From positions 12,160,517-12,196,575 of the forward strand of contig NC_068996.1 in assembly GCF_001194135.2 (NCBI RefSeq): a stretch of 36,059 nucleotides of DNA, written 5' to 3'. A program made the translations under genes and the position numbers. This DNA is from Octopus bimaculoides (lineage: Eukaryota). Shown here piece by piece: positions 23,470 to 36,059 of the stretch. The stretch's first letter is position 1; each line of letters starts with the position of its first letter. The notes beneath the pieces are model-generated. The model did no database searches. It was given only the letters and a program-made list of their open reading frames with translations, and was not told where the DNA came from.

Positions 23470-23750
23470 CTGTTTTCCTCTGCACCGCCTTCCACAAACC
23501 GGTCAATTCAAGCAAACATACCAGACATCAACGACAAAAAAGATAAAGCCTACGATTAATTCATGACTAATCCATTAGATAAATATTAATTAAAGACTAA
23601 TTTGTCAGATAAAGACACATCACTAAAAGAATCTGCAAAGCTAAACGAATAAAAAGACATGGAAATAGAGATTGAAAAAATGTGACGGCTTAAAAAGAAA
23701 AACAATCCCACTTTGTTAGCCTTTGGTACCCTTATTCCAGGAGAACCAAC
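23470..23750 (+). mobile_element. R4/Dong-like lineage D, degraded REL domain
   Basis: TNRSIQANIPDINDKKDK...SDKDTSLKESAKLNE*KDMEIEIEKM*RLK matches TDR.I.ANRPDI...[15 protein letters not shown]. Confidence 0.7.
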
Positions 23751-23805
23751 TGTTAAGGAGGTTCAGAAAATATATATGAACAGCGCTGCATACATACATA
23801 CATAC

Positions 23806-23875
23806 ATCCGTCTACCAAATCCACTCACAAGGCTTTGGTCGGCCCGCAGCTGTAGTAGAAGACACTCGCCTGCTC
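23806..23875 (-). mobile_element. SINE family E core fragment
   Basis: The reverse complement gagtgtcttctactacagctgcgggccgaccaaagccttgtgagtggatttggtagacgg matches 27675-27730. Confidence 0.8.
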
Positions 23876-23926
23876 GTGCCGCAGACAGTTGGTAATAGCC
23901 TGGCAATAGATTGTATAAACCCACGA

Positions 23927-24508
<582 letters not shown>

Positions 24509-24544
24509 CATAATGATAATAATAATAATAATAATTTAGTATCA

Positions 24545-25685
24545 ACAAAATAGATTATTTGAGACAACAGATCAGAGGAGATTTTATAACCAAATAAGTA
24601 GTGGAGAATGAAGTAGTGAAGATGATAAACATAATGCAGAGGAAGCTAGAAAGTTCTGACGTAATATTTGCGACAGTAATATTTGGTTAAAGAAAGTAAG
24701 GGAAGAAGTAGTGAGTGAGAAGCAGCCAGATCTAAAATTAACTAGTGCATTAATGAGTAAGGTGTTAGGAAAAATGCCGAATTGAAAGGGCCCAGAACCA
24801 GATTTAGATCAAGGGTACTGGCTAAAGAAATTCAATAGATTACATGGGAAGCTGAGGGGAAACGTCAGGATTGCTTTAATGGAGGACTAATACCAGACTG
24901 GATATCTAGAGGGAAGGCAATACTCATTATGAAAAATAAGAGCGAGGGTAATACAGCTAACAACTGTAGACTAATCATTTGCTTACCATTAGCGTGGAAT
25001 CTGTTTACAGGAATGCTTTCCGAAAGCATTTACGAGCATCTTGATCTATTATATATGGACAAAACAGTTCTAAACGAAGTAAAAGCTAGAAAGAAAAATC
25101 TAACAATAGCATAGATAGATTATAGGAAAGCCTATAGCATGATCCCACGCTCATGGATAAGAGAATGTTTGAATATATTCAGTATAGCAGACAAAATAAG
25201 AGAGCTAATTAGCTTTAGCAATGAAGTAATGGAAAGTAGATTTATACTCAGGTGACATACTCCTAGGGAAAGTTAATATCGAAATAAGAATTTTCCAGGG
25301 ACTCGTTGTTCCCTTTAATATTTGTCTTATATTTGATCCCCATCAATTTGGTATTAAGGAAGGCAAATGCAGGGTATCAGTTCAGAAATAGTAATAGAAA
25401 AATTAACTATTTGTTCTATATGGATGAACTGAAGCATTTTAGTAAGAATGAAAAAGGGATAGATTTCTTAATACAGGTTGTAAGACGCTTCAGCAAAGAT
25501 ATAGGCATGGAATTTGGCATAAATAAGTGTGCAATATTAGTCATGAGAAGGGGACAGGTAGTCAACAGTGAAGGCATCCAATTACCAGATGGCCAGACAT
25601 TAAAATCATTGAAAGGAGGAGTTATAAGCATCTAGGAGAATTAGAATCCGACAGAGTACTAACTATAGAAATGAAAACGAAAATT
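24545..25685 (+). mobile_element. R4/Dong-like lineage C RT fragment
   Basis: KMPN*KGPEPDLDQGYWLKKF, ANNCRLIICLPLAWNLFTG, IA*IDYRKAY and FPLIFVLYLIP...LFYMDELK...GMEFGINKCAILVMRRGQ. Homologous to 7790-8835. Confidence 0.9.
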
Positions 25686-25689
25686 TGGT

Positions 25690-26450
25690 TTTTTACCTTC
25701 TATATAAACGGGCATCTGTTCGCATTACCGAAACAAAAAAAATCAGGAATGCGATTTATTTCCTCTGGAGAAACTAGTATCAGGAATTCCATAAGAATTC
25801 CAGTCCTATTGAGCTNNNNNNNNNNNNNNNNNNNNNNNNNNNNNNNNNNNNNNNNNNNNNNNNNNNNNNNNNNNNNNNNNNNNNNNNNNNNNNNNNNNNN
25901 NNNNNNNNNNNNNNNNNNNNNNNNNNNNNNNNNNNNNNNNNNNNNNNNNNNNNNNNNNNNNNNNNNNNNNNNNNNNNNNNNNNNNNNNNNNNNNNNNNNN
26001 NNNNNNNNNNNNNNNNNNNNNNNNNNNNNNNNNNNNNNNNNNNNNNNNNNNNNNNNCTTCACCTACACAATCTCCCCATGCTCCTCCAGAATGGCTAAAA
26101 TTCTTACCGGATCACGGTGAACCGGTATGTTCTTGATTCGAATTCGAGTAAATTTTTTTACACATGTAATGAGGAATCACCCCAAAAGTTTGGAAGGTAC
26201 GAGTTATAGTTGCCATTCTTTTGGCTTCTTGCTCATTGCTGCATGTAGTAGCTACCGTTCCGTACTGTTTACCTTTGTTTATGTGTAACACTGAGGGCCA
26301 CACATCTTGGAGACATTTTTCGGTGTCGACCGGAGTAGGAAATCCATGTTCCCGTCCTTGCGAGAAACACATTTGTATGCAATTTTTTGTCGTTCGATTT
26401 CTCTTTTTCTCCCCTCATTGAGGCACATCACACCTGGTTTCGAAATGTCA
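25690..26450 (-). mobile_element. L1/Tx1-like ORF1 (RRM-type) fragment spanning a gap
   Basis: Removing one A from an A7 run joins ...KGKQYGTVATTCSNEQEAKRMA...VIPHYMCKK to FTRIRIKNIPVHRDPVRILAILEEHGEIV. After the gap it continues ...EINRIPDFFCFGN and then PVYIEGKK in another frame, ending just before a zinc knuckle would be expected. Confidence 0.5.
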
Positions 26451-27597
26451 TGTTATATTGAAGTGCTTTACTTTCCAACTCATGAACCGAATGGGCTAAC
26501 TGCCCTCGAAAAAGATATAGCGTTGTTGCAGCTGCTGCTGCTGCTGCTGTTTCGCACACAGTTTCCACTAGTTATCAGTAATAACTGCATTGTTCTTTTC
26601 GTTGTTGCTATTGTTGGTCATGTTGATGTTGTTGTTGCTGATACAGTAGCTATTATTGTTATTTCTGGTGGTGGTGGTGGTGGTTGTGGTGGTGGTTGTG
26701 GTGGTGGTTGTGGTGGTGGTTGTGGTGGTGGTGGTGNNNNNNNNNNNNNNNNNNNNNNNNNNNNNNNNNNNNNNNNNNNNNNNNNNNNNNNNNNNNNNNN
26801 NNNNNNNNNNNNNNNNNNNNNNNNNNNNNNNNNNNNNNNNNNNNNNNNNNNNNNNNNNNNNNNNNNNNNNNNNNNNNNNNNNNNNNNNNNNNNNNNNNNN
26901 NNNNNNNNNNNNNNNNNNNNNNNNNNNNNNNNNNNNNNNNNNNNNNNNNNNNNNNNNNNNNNNNNNNNNNNNNNNNNNNNNNNNNNNNNNNNNNNNNNNN
27001 NNNNNNNNNNNNNNNNNNNNNNNNNNNNNNNNNNNNNNNNNNNNNNNNNNNNNNNNNNNNNNNNNNNNNNNNNNNNNNNNNNNNNNNNNNNNNNNNNNNN
27101 NNNNNNNNNNNNNNNNNNNNNNNNNNNNNNNNNNNNNNNNNNNNNNNNNNNNNNNNNNNNNNNNNNNNNNNNNNNNNNNNNNNNNNNNNNNNNNNNNNNN
27201 NNNNNNNNNNNNNNNNNNNNNNNNNNNNNNNNNNNNNNNNNNNNNNNNNNNNNNNNNNNNNNNNNNNNNNNNNNNNNNNNNNNNNNNNNNNNNNNNNNNN
27301 NNNNNNNNNNNNNNNNNNNNNNNNNNNNNNNNNNNNNNNNNNNNNNNNNNNNNNNNNNNNNNNNNNNNNNNNNNNNNNNNNNNNNNNNNNNNNNNNNNNN
27401 NNNNNNNNNNNNNNNNNNNNNNNNNNNNNNNNNNNNNNNNNNNNNNNNNNNNNNNNNNNNNNNNNNNNNNNNNNNNNNNNNNNNNNNNNNNNNNNNNNNN
27501 NNNNNNNNNNCTGTTCTTGCAAAAGAATAACACATGTGTATTCTACAACAGTTTAAAGTAAAATTTATAACTTGATATAAAAAATATATATATACCA

Positions 27598-28003
27598 CGA
27601 GTAGCTGTGTGGTAAGTAGCTCGCTTACCAACCACATGGTTCCGGGTTCATTCCCACTGCGTCGCACCTTGGGCAAGTGTCTTCTACTATAGCCTCGGGC
27701 CGACGCCTTTTGAGTGGATTTGGTAGACGGAAACTGAAAGAAGCCAGTCGTATATATGTATATATAGATATATGTGTATGTGTGTATATGTTTGTGTGTC
27801 TGTGTTTGTCCCCACCCCCAACTTCGCTTGACAACCGATGCTGGTGTGTTTACGTCCCCGTAACTTAGCGGTTCGGCAAAAGAGACAGATAGAATAAGTA
27901 CAAGGCTTACAAAGAATAAGTCCTGGGGTCGATTTCCTCGACTAAAGGCGGTACTCCAGCATGGCCGCAGTCAAATGACTGAAACAAGTAAAGTAGTAAA
28001 AGA

Positions 28004-28004
<1 letters not shown>
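27598..28004 (+). mobile_element. SINE family E, full length with internal TA/TG microsatellite
   Basis: tRNA-like head (tagctgtgtggtaag...ggttccgggttcattccc), core gtggatttggtagacggaaactgaaagaagcc, and tail gactgaaacaagtaaa. Confidence 0.9.
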
Positions 28005-28043
<39 letters not shown>

Positions 28044-28699
28044 AAAGGTAATTATTATGTATGTATGTATGTATGTGTGTATGTGTGCATGTATGTATGT
28101 ATGTATGTATGTATGAATGTATGTATGCACTCTTCATATCGAAATTTTTATTGGAATATAGTAAACCAGTTATGGTGAACCATTACGAAAGCAAGTTACT
28201 TCTTCAAGATCAGTGAGTAGACTTGAGTTATTTGAATAGTTCTATGCATACTCTCACCCATATACAATAGAAATATTAAAAAAAAAAACCACCTGCCACG
28301 CTGGATTTCTAAACTCTTTCACATTTTATGCGTTTGTTTATAAATTTATCCCTTTATGTATTGAGTTAACAGGTAAATCAAAAATATGACAGACGTTAGA
28401 CACGTAGTGATATATACGTGTGTGTACGAGGGGGAGGTTAGTGTAAACTTGTATGTTTGTGAGAATGCATCTCTATTCATGTATATGTATAAAGAGAAAG
28501 AAAGTAAGAAAGAAAGAATGAATGATAGAAAGAAAGAAAGAAAGAAAGAAACAAACAAACAAACAAACAAACAAACAAACAAACAAACAAAGAAATAGAG
28601 GGAGAGAGAGATTGATTGATTGATTGAAAGATTCCAAATATATAAATAAGAATGTGTATTTTCATGTTTACCCTTGCGAATACGTACATATATTGATAA

Positions 28700-28808
28700 A
28701 TTCATATACATACATACGCGTGTGTGTGTCTATATATGAACGCTTATATATGAATAAATATATGTATGTATATTTATATGTATATATATATGCACGTATA
28801 TTTAAATG

Positions 28809-28843
<35 letters not shown>

Positions 28844-29140
28844 ATTTATATGTATGTATATGTATATATACATGTATATAAGTACTTATATATGCATACA
28901 TGCATATACTTATAAGTATACATATATACATATGTATATATATATCGATGTATATATATATATGTATAATATATATATGTGTGTATGTATATATATATAT
29001 ATGTGAGTGAGTGTGTGTGTGTATGTGTGTATCTATGTATGTATACAAGTATATATCTATTATATATATACATACATATATATATTTATTTATATACATA
29101 TATATGAATACAAAGTTATATGCGCGGGCGTATATGTACA
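28700..29140. repeat. Degenerate (TA)/(TG)/(TACA) low-complexity tract
   Basis: Directly visible. Source of Y/I/M/C-rich pseudo-ORFs. Confidence 0.9.
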
Positions 29141-30134
29141 CACGCGCACAAGTGAGTGCGTATTCACATAATCACATATGCATTGCTTTATAAAACTCAT
29201 ACAAACTTATAGACAGACATTCAAGCATAATTTTGTTCTTTTTGTAATGTGTGATTCTTTTGTCTACTGCAACATTTTCTGCCAAAACTGAAGAGTGGGA
29301 AAAAACATTAAAGAAATAATGTAAAAAGTAAATAACAACGAAAAACAACAAAAGACTGTCTTCCTGTGCAAATGCTCTTCTCGACTTCCTTTGTTATACA
29401 CATAAATTCGCACAGCCACAATTTATCCGCACCAATATGTGAATGTGAATGTGTGGGCGTGTACACGTTATGTTGCATTATATTATATATATATATGTAT
29501 ATATATATANNNNNNNNNNNNNNNNNNNNNNNNNNNNNNNNNNNNNNNNNNNNNNNNNNNNNNNNNNNNNNNNNNNNNNNNNNNNNNNNNNNNNNNNNNN
29601 NNNNNNNNNNNNNNNNNNNNNNNNNNNNNNNNNNNNNNNNNNNNNNNNNNNNNNNNNNNNNNNNNNNNNNNNNNNNNNNNNNNNNNNNNNNNNNNNNNNN
29701 NNNNNNNNNNNNNNNNNNNNNNNNNNNNNNNNNNNNNNNNNNNNNNNNNNNNNNNNNNNNNNNNNNNNNNNNNNNNNNNNNNNNNNNNNNNNNNNNNNNN
29801 NNNNNNNNNNNNNNNNNNNNNNNNNNNNNNNNNNNNNNNNNNNNNNNNNNNNNNNNNNNNNNNNNNNNNNNNNNNNNNNNNNNNNNNNNNNNNNNNNNNN
29901 NNNNNNNNNNNNNNNNNNNNNNNNNNNNNNNNNNNNNNNNNNNNNNNNNNNNNNNNNNNNNNNNNNNNNNNNNNNNNNNNNNNNNNNNNNNNNNNNNNNN
30001 NNNNNNNNNNNNNNNNNNNNNNNNNNNNNNNNNNNNNNNNNNNNNNNNNNNNNNNNNNNNNNNNNNNNNNNNNNNNNNNNNNNNNNNNNNNNNNNNNNNN
30101 NNNNNNNNNNNNNNNNNNNNNNNNNNNNNNNNNN

Positions 30135-30222
<88 letters not shown>

Positions 30223-30513
30223 ACTTGGAAATGGATGTGTGGCGTTGAATTAAATAATAATATAAATAATATATATATAAAAATTATTTCATAAATCCTC
30301 GCTGTCTATTTTCCTAGCTTACAACCTAGTGTAGTGAAGTAATAATCTAAGTGGTTCATGGACCATTTCGGGTCTATTTCTAGCAGACTGGTGTTGTAAT
30401 CATCCAACGCCCTTATTATAATTTTAATATAAATTAACCATTATGGTACTTTTAGTATGCTGGCCACTGATAAATCATTAAATAATGGTTTTATCCTAAT
30501 TATATATATATAT

Positions 30514-30971
30514 GGGTACAGGATGTCACCGATAGTAAACAACATAAAATACGAAAACAAATGAGTTAAATACGCAAATAACGAGAGAGAAAAAGGACAA
30601 GTAATACAAAGAATGACCCTTCATCAGTTGTCGACTGTCTACCTACTCCGCATTTCGAGCAATCAACGACAATATGAATCTTCGAAGACAGTCGCTCCCA
30701 TAAATACCAAAATAAAATTTTGGATTTATGGAAGGTCAAAGTTAGGAACAAAAACAGGACAGGGGAGACATGCAGGGAAACCGAACAAAAACAGTTATGG
30801 AGGGTTGTTAGACCTGAAAATAGTGAACGCTGAGAGAAATGTTCTCTATGTAAAGAGAAAAGATAGAAGAGAGTGATAGGAGACGTCCAGGTCTTAAAAA
30901 GTCCGTGCAGGAAAGAAAGATAGCAACATGAGGAAATGAAAGTTGGGCGATGACCACGTGTGAGCAACGAG
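30514..30971 (-). mobile_element. Penelope-like 3' end/pLTR relic
   Basis: The minus strand gives HREHFSQRSLFSGLTTLHN, resembling the PLE C-terminal EQR.IF.LGTL.P motif, followed by ...ctcgaaatgc...gtcgacaaCTGATGAaggg. Truncated by a gap. Confidence 0.4.
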
Positions 30972-32149
30972 NNNNNNNNNNNNNNNNNNNNNNNNNNNNN
31001 NNNNNNNNNNNNNNNNNNNNNNNNNNNNNNNNNNNNNNNNNNNNNNNNNNNNNNNNNNNNNNNNNNNNNNNNNNNNNNNNNNNNNNNNNNNNNNNNNNNN
31101 NNNNNNNNNNNNNNNNNNNNNNNNNNNNNNNNNNNNNNNNNNNNNNNNNNNNNNNNNNNNNNNNNNNNNNNNNNNNNNNNNNNNNNNNNNNNNNNNNNNN
31201 NNNNNNNNNNNNNNNNNNNNNNNNNNNNNNNNNNNNNNNNNNNNNNNNNNNNNNNNNNNNNNNNNNNNNNNNNNNNNNNNNNNNNNNNNNNNNNNNNNNN
31301 NNNNNNNNNNNNNNNNNNNNNNNNNNNNNNNNNNNNNNNNNNNNNNNNNNNNNNNNNNNNNNNNNNNNNNNNNNNNNNNNNNNNNNNTATATATTCTGCG
31401 ATTGAGAATTTAAAATCTCTTCTTTAACTTTCTAAGACATCTCAACGCTTCTAAAAAAAAAAAAAGAAAAGAACCAAACTTCGTTTGTTTATTTACGTTT
31501 GTCGTAATTTGAATTTAACATATATATATATATTATTTCTTCTGTCACACTATATATCGTATAGAGGAAGGGAGAGAAAGAGTAAAATAAAGGTACAGAG
31601 AGATTTGAATATAAGAATTGCAGGATGAATACCCATACTAGGCTTGGTGCTAGGTAATGAGTAAAATATACTTGTACACACGCAGTGAGAGAGAATGAAT
31701 CCTAGAGACAGAAGAGGACGATGAAAAAGAGGAGAGGGAGTAAGTGACAGAATAATAAATATTGTTCTTTTGAAATTAGTAGTCATTTTACCATTTTGTA
31801 CAAGCGTAAATAAATTTGATAGAAGTTAAATCATAATTGTTGTATGTCATATTTCTTGATTTTAACCATGGTGCCAAAAGTTGCCCATCATCATATCATG
31901 GGTAGTATTCTAATGTACTTTATATTGAATACGATGTACTGTACGCAGTTGGGATTTCGGGGATAATGTAGAAAAGGACAAACGGTAGAATGTTAGTCAA
32001 AACCACATTAAGAATCTTATGCACGTCATATTTTTCTTATATTAATCATGGGAACAAAAGTATACGTCTAAAACAGCCCATCATTTTATATAGAAATAAT
32101 GTAGTGTACAAGTGCCAGGATTTGGGAGGTGATGTAGAAAAAGAGGACA

Positions 32150-32319
32150 GGATTGGCTGTGTGGTAAGAAGCGGTTTCGCAAAAGAGACCGACACAATAA
32201 GTACTAAGCTTACAAAGAATAAGTCTTGGGGTCGATTTGTTCGACTAAAGGCGGCGCTCCAGCATGACCACAGTCAAAGTGACTAAAACAAGTAAAAGAA
32301 TAAAAGAATAAAAGAATAT
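32150..32319 (+). mobile_element. Internally deleted SINE family E between 45-bp direct repeats
   Basis: The head ggattggctgtgtggtaagaagc is fused to the tail ggtttcgcaaaagagacc...(AATAAAAG)n. Flanks 32105-32149 and 32320-32364 match at 41 of 45 positions. Confidence 0.82.
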
Positions 32320-32725
32320 TGTACAAGAGCCAGGATTTGGTAGGCGATGTAGAAAAAGATGACAAACGGTAAAAAATTGGTGAAGACGACAATAAGAATT
32401 CATCACAGTATAAAGCAGAAACGCTATGGCGACGTTAAATGTTTTTTAGCATGAAGAACGTAAAAAATGCGCACGGGGTTGTTTGAGTGCACCTGATTTC
32501 CATACAATCACTAGCAGGCCATGAGTGGTGGGGAATATCCTGACCTGACCTACATGGTAGGTTCTCACCCGTGTATAGATGGTTTACTCAAGTTGCGTTT
32601 CCTGTGTTTTATTTAAATTATATCCTGTCTTAAACTCTTGAGTTTCATATCTTTTTTTTTTAGCCCTATGTCATCGACTAACCCGCTCCTCCAACATTTC
32701 GGGCTTTGAACCTACAATAGAAAGT

Positions 32726-32776
<51 letters not shown>

Positions 32777-32796
32777 GTTATTATTATTATTATTGT

Positions 32797-33073
32797 TCAG
32801 TAGTTTTATTTTTATAACGTGATTTCACTTCACTACCGAGCGCAGCTCTGTGCGCCTTGGGTATGTGCTGTGGTTTGCTGTGGTGTTCTTATAGTTACTG
32901 TATTGAAAGTGTTTTGCGTAGGATGTGTGCAGTACCCAGTAGTGCAATTTTCTGTATGTTATATATATTTGTAAGTCCTGGTGTTTTTGTTATGTATTTG
33001 TCTGAATATTTTTTTATTATACCTAAGACCCCTACTATGATAGGAATTGTTTCTGTTTTTAGACTCCACATTC
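32797..33073 (-). mobile_element. R4/Dong-like lineage A 3' end with (AAT)n(GAT)n tail
   Basis: Reverse complement of 24200-24476 with an intact frame [57 protein letters not shown]. The 5' part lies in a gap. Confidence 0.92.
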
Positions 33074-34073
33074 NNNNNNNNNNNNNNNNNNNNNNNNNNN
33101 NNNNNNNNNNNNNNNNNNNNNNNNNNNNNNNNNNNNNNNNNNNNNNNNNNNNNNNNNNNNNNNNNNNNNNNNNNNNNNNNNNNNNNNNNNNNNNNNNNNN
33201 NNNNNNNNNNNNNNNNNNNNNNNNNNNNNNNNNNNNNNNNNNNNNNNNNNNNNNNNNNNNNNNNNNNNNNNNNNNNNNNNNNNNNNNNNNNNNNNNNNNN
33301 NNNNNNNNNNNNNNNNNNNNNNNNNNNNNNNNNNNNNNNNNNNNNNNNNNNNNNNNNNNNNNNNNNNNNNNNNNNNNNNNNNNNNNNNNNNNNNNNNNNN
33401 NNNNNNNNNNNNNNNNNNNNNNNNNNNNNNNNNNNNNNNNNNNNNNNNNNNNNNNNNNNNNNNNNNNNNNNNNNNNNNNNNNNNNNNNNNNNNNNNNNNN
33501 NNNNNNNNNNNNNNNNNNNNNNNNNNNNNNNNNNNNNNNNNNNNNNNNNNNNNNNNNNNNNNNNNNNNNNNNNNNNNNNNNNNNNNNNNNNNNNNNNNNN
33601 NNNNNNNNNNNNNNNNNNNNNNNNNNNNNNNNNNNNNNNNNNNNNNNNNNNNNNNNNNNNNNNNNNNNNNNNNNNNNNNNNNNNNNNNNNNNNNNNNNNN
33701 NNNNNNNNNNNNNNNNNNNNNNNNNNNNNNNNNNNNNNNNNNNNNNNNNNNNNNNNNNNNNNNNNNNNNNNNNNNNNNNNNNNNNNNNNNNNNNNNNNNN
33801 NNNNNNNNNNNNNNNNNNNNNNNNNNNNNNNNNNNNNNNNNNNNNNNNNNNNNNNNNNNNNNNNNNNNNNNNNNNNNNNNNNNNNNNNNNNNNNNNNNNN
33901 NNNNNNNNNNNNNNNNNNNNNNNNNNNNNNNNNNNNNNNNNNNNNNNNNNNNNNNNNNNNNNNNNNNNNNNNNNNNNNNNNNNNNNNNNNNNNNNNNNNN
34001 NNNNNNNNNNNNNNNNNNNNNNNNNNNNNNNNNNNNNNNNNNNNNNNNNNNNNNNNNNNNNNNNNNNNNNNNN

Positions 34074-34184
<111 letters not shown>

Positions 34185-34354
34185 TTGTAAGAAGATGGTT
34201 TGACAGAAAGGTTAGAGCGTCGGACAAAATGTTTTGCGGCTAAGTTCAAAGCCTAAGATTGAGAAAGTAGGAGTGAAATATTGGAGCCAATGGTATCGAC
34301 TATTCTGCCTACTCCTCCTCTAAAAGTTGTTGTCCTACCTATATCAACATTACT

Positions 34355-34568
34355 GGCGAGCTAATAGAATCGTTAGCACACCGGTCAAAACGCTTAGTTG
34401 CATTTCGTCTGTCTTTATGTTCTGAGTTCAAATTCCACCAAAGTCGATTTTGCCTTTCAACCTTTCTGAATTGATAAAATAAATACCAGTCTAGCGATGG
34501 GGTGAATGTAGTCGACTTGCTCCTCTCTACAAATTTCAGACTTTGTGCCTCTAACGGAAAGAATTATT
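34355..34568 (+). mobile_element. SINE family A, older copy with alternative tail
   Basis: The head ggcgagctaatagaatcgttagcac...gagttcaaattcc aligns to 11853. The tail tttcagactttgtgcctctaacggaaagaattatt resembles the 9444 copy. Confidence 0.8.
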
Positions 34569-34799
34569 GTTGTTGCTGCTATTTACGTTGTTTTTGCTTT
34601 GTTCTAAACAAGCTGTTCCCAGTCTCATCCAGAGACCTCAAGTAACAACATGTAAGACGTTTTACTATGGCCGCTATTTACGATTATCAATGAAACATTG
34701 TAGAGAAGGAAGACAAGAATCTGATGTGAGAACTAAAATTCTGTTAAATTTGTAATATTTCAGTTTTGAAAGAATTTTAAGAGAGTCAGATATTTTCAA

Positions 34800-35250
34800 G
34801 TTAACAATGTGGACAGTGTTAAAAAGCAGTGTTATGGCATAGTGTTAAAGAGCGCCTTTTGGTATTGTCCCTAAAGCCCCTAAAGCATTTTTAAAACATC
34901 TATTTCAGTCCTCGTATTTGGAGGACGTATTTGTTTATTGATTTTACAGACCTGCTGCAGTCTGCTGGGATTGACATATCTATGAGCAAACATGTTTTGT
35001 CGACATGATTTTTTTTACCAAAATATCAAGCGCGTGATCCGTTTGAAACTTATAGTCCCAAAGAACGATGATATTTCTATTTTCTATTTTGGCCGGCTTA
35101 TGTTCCAATCAGTTCTTCTCATATGGAGGTCCAGACTTACGCCAGCGCAAATGCTGACCAAGTCTATCGTGGCAAATAATGTACTCGGCAGAGGCTAACA
35201 CAGCATCCACAGATGAGGTGGTCAATTGTTCCTCTGGCTGTGCCGTAGAA
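34800..35250 (-). mobile_element. R4/Dong-like (lineage D-like) degraded CCHC plus REL fragment
   Basis: TIDHLICGC, AEYIICHDRLGQHLRW, EHKPAKIENRNIIVLWDYKFQTD and KTCLLIDMSIPAD across frames. Confidence 0.8.
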
Positions 35251-35569
35251 GTAACAAATTCAGTATCATTATTATATTAAAGACATCATTACTAATATTA
35301 TTATTGTCTCTGCTGTTGTTATTTATCGTCGTCGTCGTCATCTTCATCATCATTACACACGCATACACTCAATAAGCGTAACTGCATTCTTTATGATAGC
35401 CATTTTTGGTGAAGAAGTAGTTTCATCTGCTTTAACTAAGATTCGCAACATACGAAATATTTTATAGCACATTTAGACGAATGAAAGACTTTATTACAAC
35501 ATTATGTTAGAAAATCAAGTGCATTTCCACCCGAAGCTGAACTACAGTCGTCACACAGAAATTAGGTAA

Positions 35570-35960
35570 TCTCCTCCTGCATTGCCAAATACAATGAGAC
35601 TTTCTTTGAGCCCTCTACAGATCAGCGTAATAGGACACATTCTTCATCGATTGCGGCAGGATATCTCCTGCATCAAGCGAGGATTGGTATAAGGCATCGT
35701 ATGTAGTGTTTCTAAATCTACAAGGGCGTTGCATGCCCGAGTTTTGACTAATTTCACAGTATTTGGAACGAGGAAACTCAACAGTCACCGTAAAAGGCTT
35801 GCGTGACGAAAAATTCACAGTACTCACGTTACAAAAAGCAGTTGCTGGTATAATTAGCTTTGTGGAACAGTGTCCGGGATAAACAGAAAGGAGCTCCGCC
35901 TGGAACCTCTTCGGTTATAGACCTTCTTAATCAAAGCTAATCTAGAGCTAAAAATCAACA
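35570..35960 (+). mobile_element. Possible CR1/L2-like LINE 3' end
   Basis: ALWNSV resembles the CR1/L2 terminal LWNSLP motif and is followed by the repeat tail seen at about 6150. Very degraded. Confidence 0.3.
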
Positions 35961-35969
35961 ATGCAAACT

Positions 35970-35975
35970 ACACAC

Positions 35976-36015
<40 letters not shown>

Positions 36016-36022
36016 ACACACA

Positions 36023-36059
<37 letters not shown>
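35970..36059. repeat. (AC)n microsatellite
   Basis: Directly visible; runs off the window end. Confidence 0.97.

Noticed and set aside
34950-35200. Plus-strand exon after ttgtttattgattttacag and ORF 34992-35198
   Set aside because: The opposite strand encodes R4/Dong CCHC and REL motifs, and all plus frames close soon after the acceptor.
35615-35827. Minus-strand 70-aa ORF and plus-strand 78-nt exon candidate (35621-35698)
   Set aside because: They overlap what looks like a degraded LINE 3' end, with no homology or partner exons.

Overview
AT-rich eukaryotic draft-assembly scaffold with 12 N-gaps totalling about 5.6 kb, most of them bounded by microsatellites. The SINE and LINE families resemble those I recall from Octopus (coleoid cephalopod); this is recognition from memory, not a database result. 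No intact host gene, rRNA, true tRNA or CRISPR array is recognisable. Nearly all ORF-track entries are microsatellite or N-run artefacts. The rest of the window is a mosaic of transposon relics. It holds at least 10 fragments of R4/Dong-type (restriction-enzyme-like, REL, endonuclease) non-LTR retrotransposons from about 4 lineages, one CRE-clade 3' fragment, an L1/Tx1-like ORF1, and RTE, CR1/L2-like and Penelope-like relics. It also holds a D,D34D mariner with an inverted partial duplicate, two fold-back elements, and four tRNA-type SINE families (labelled A, B, D and E here). The most interesting signal is that R4/Dong lineages appear to sort by microsatellite: lineage A sits in (AAT)n and lineage B in (TACA)n. 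Other notable points are a stack of insertions at 23.4-26.4 kb, a nested inverted-repeat structure at 11.8-13.5 kb, and one orphan ORF plus one well-signalled candidate exon near 23 kb. I cannot support a claim of a wholly new biological system from this sequence alone.
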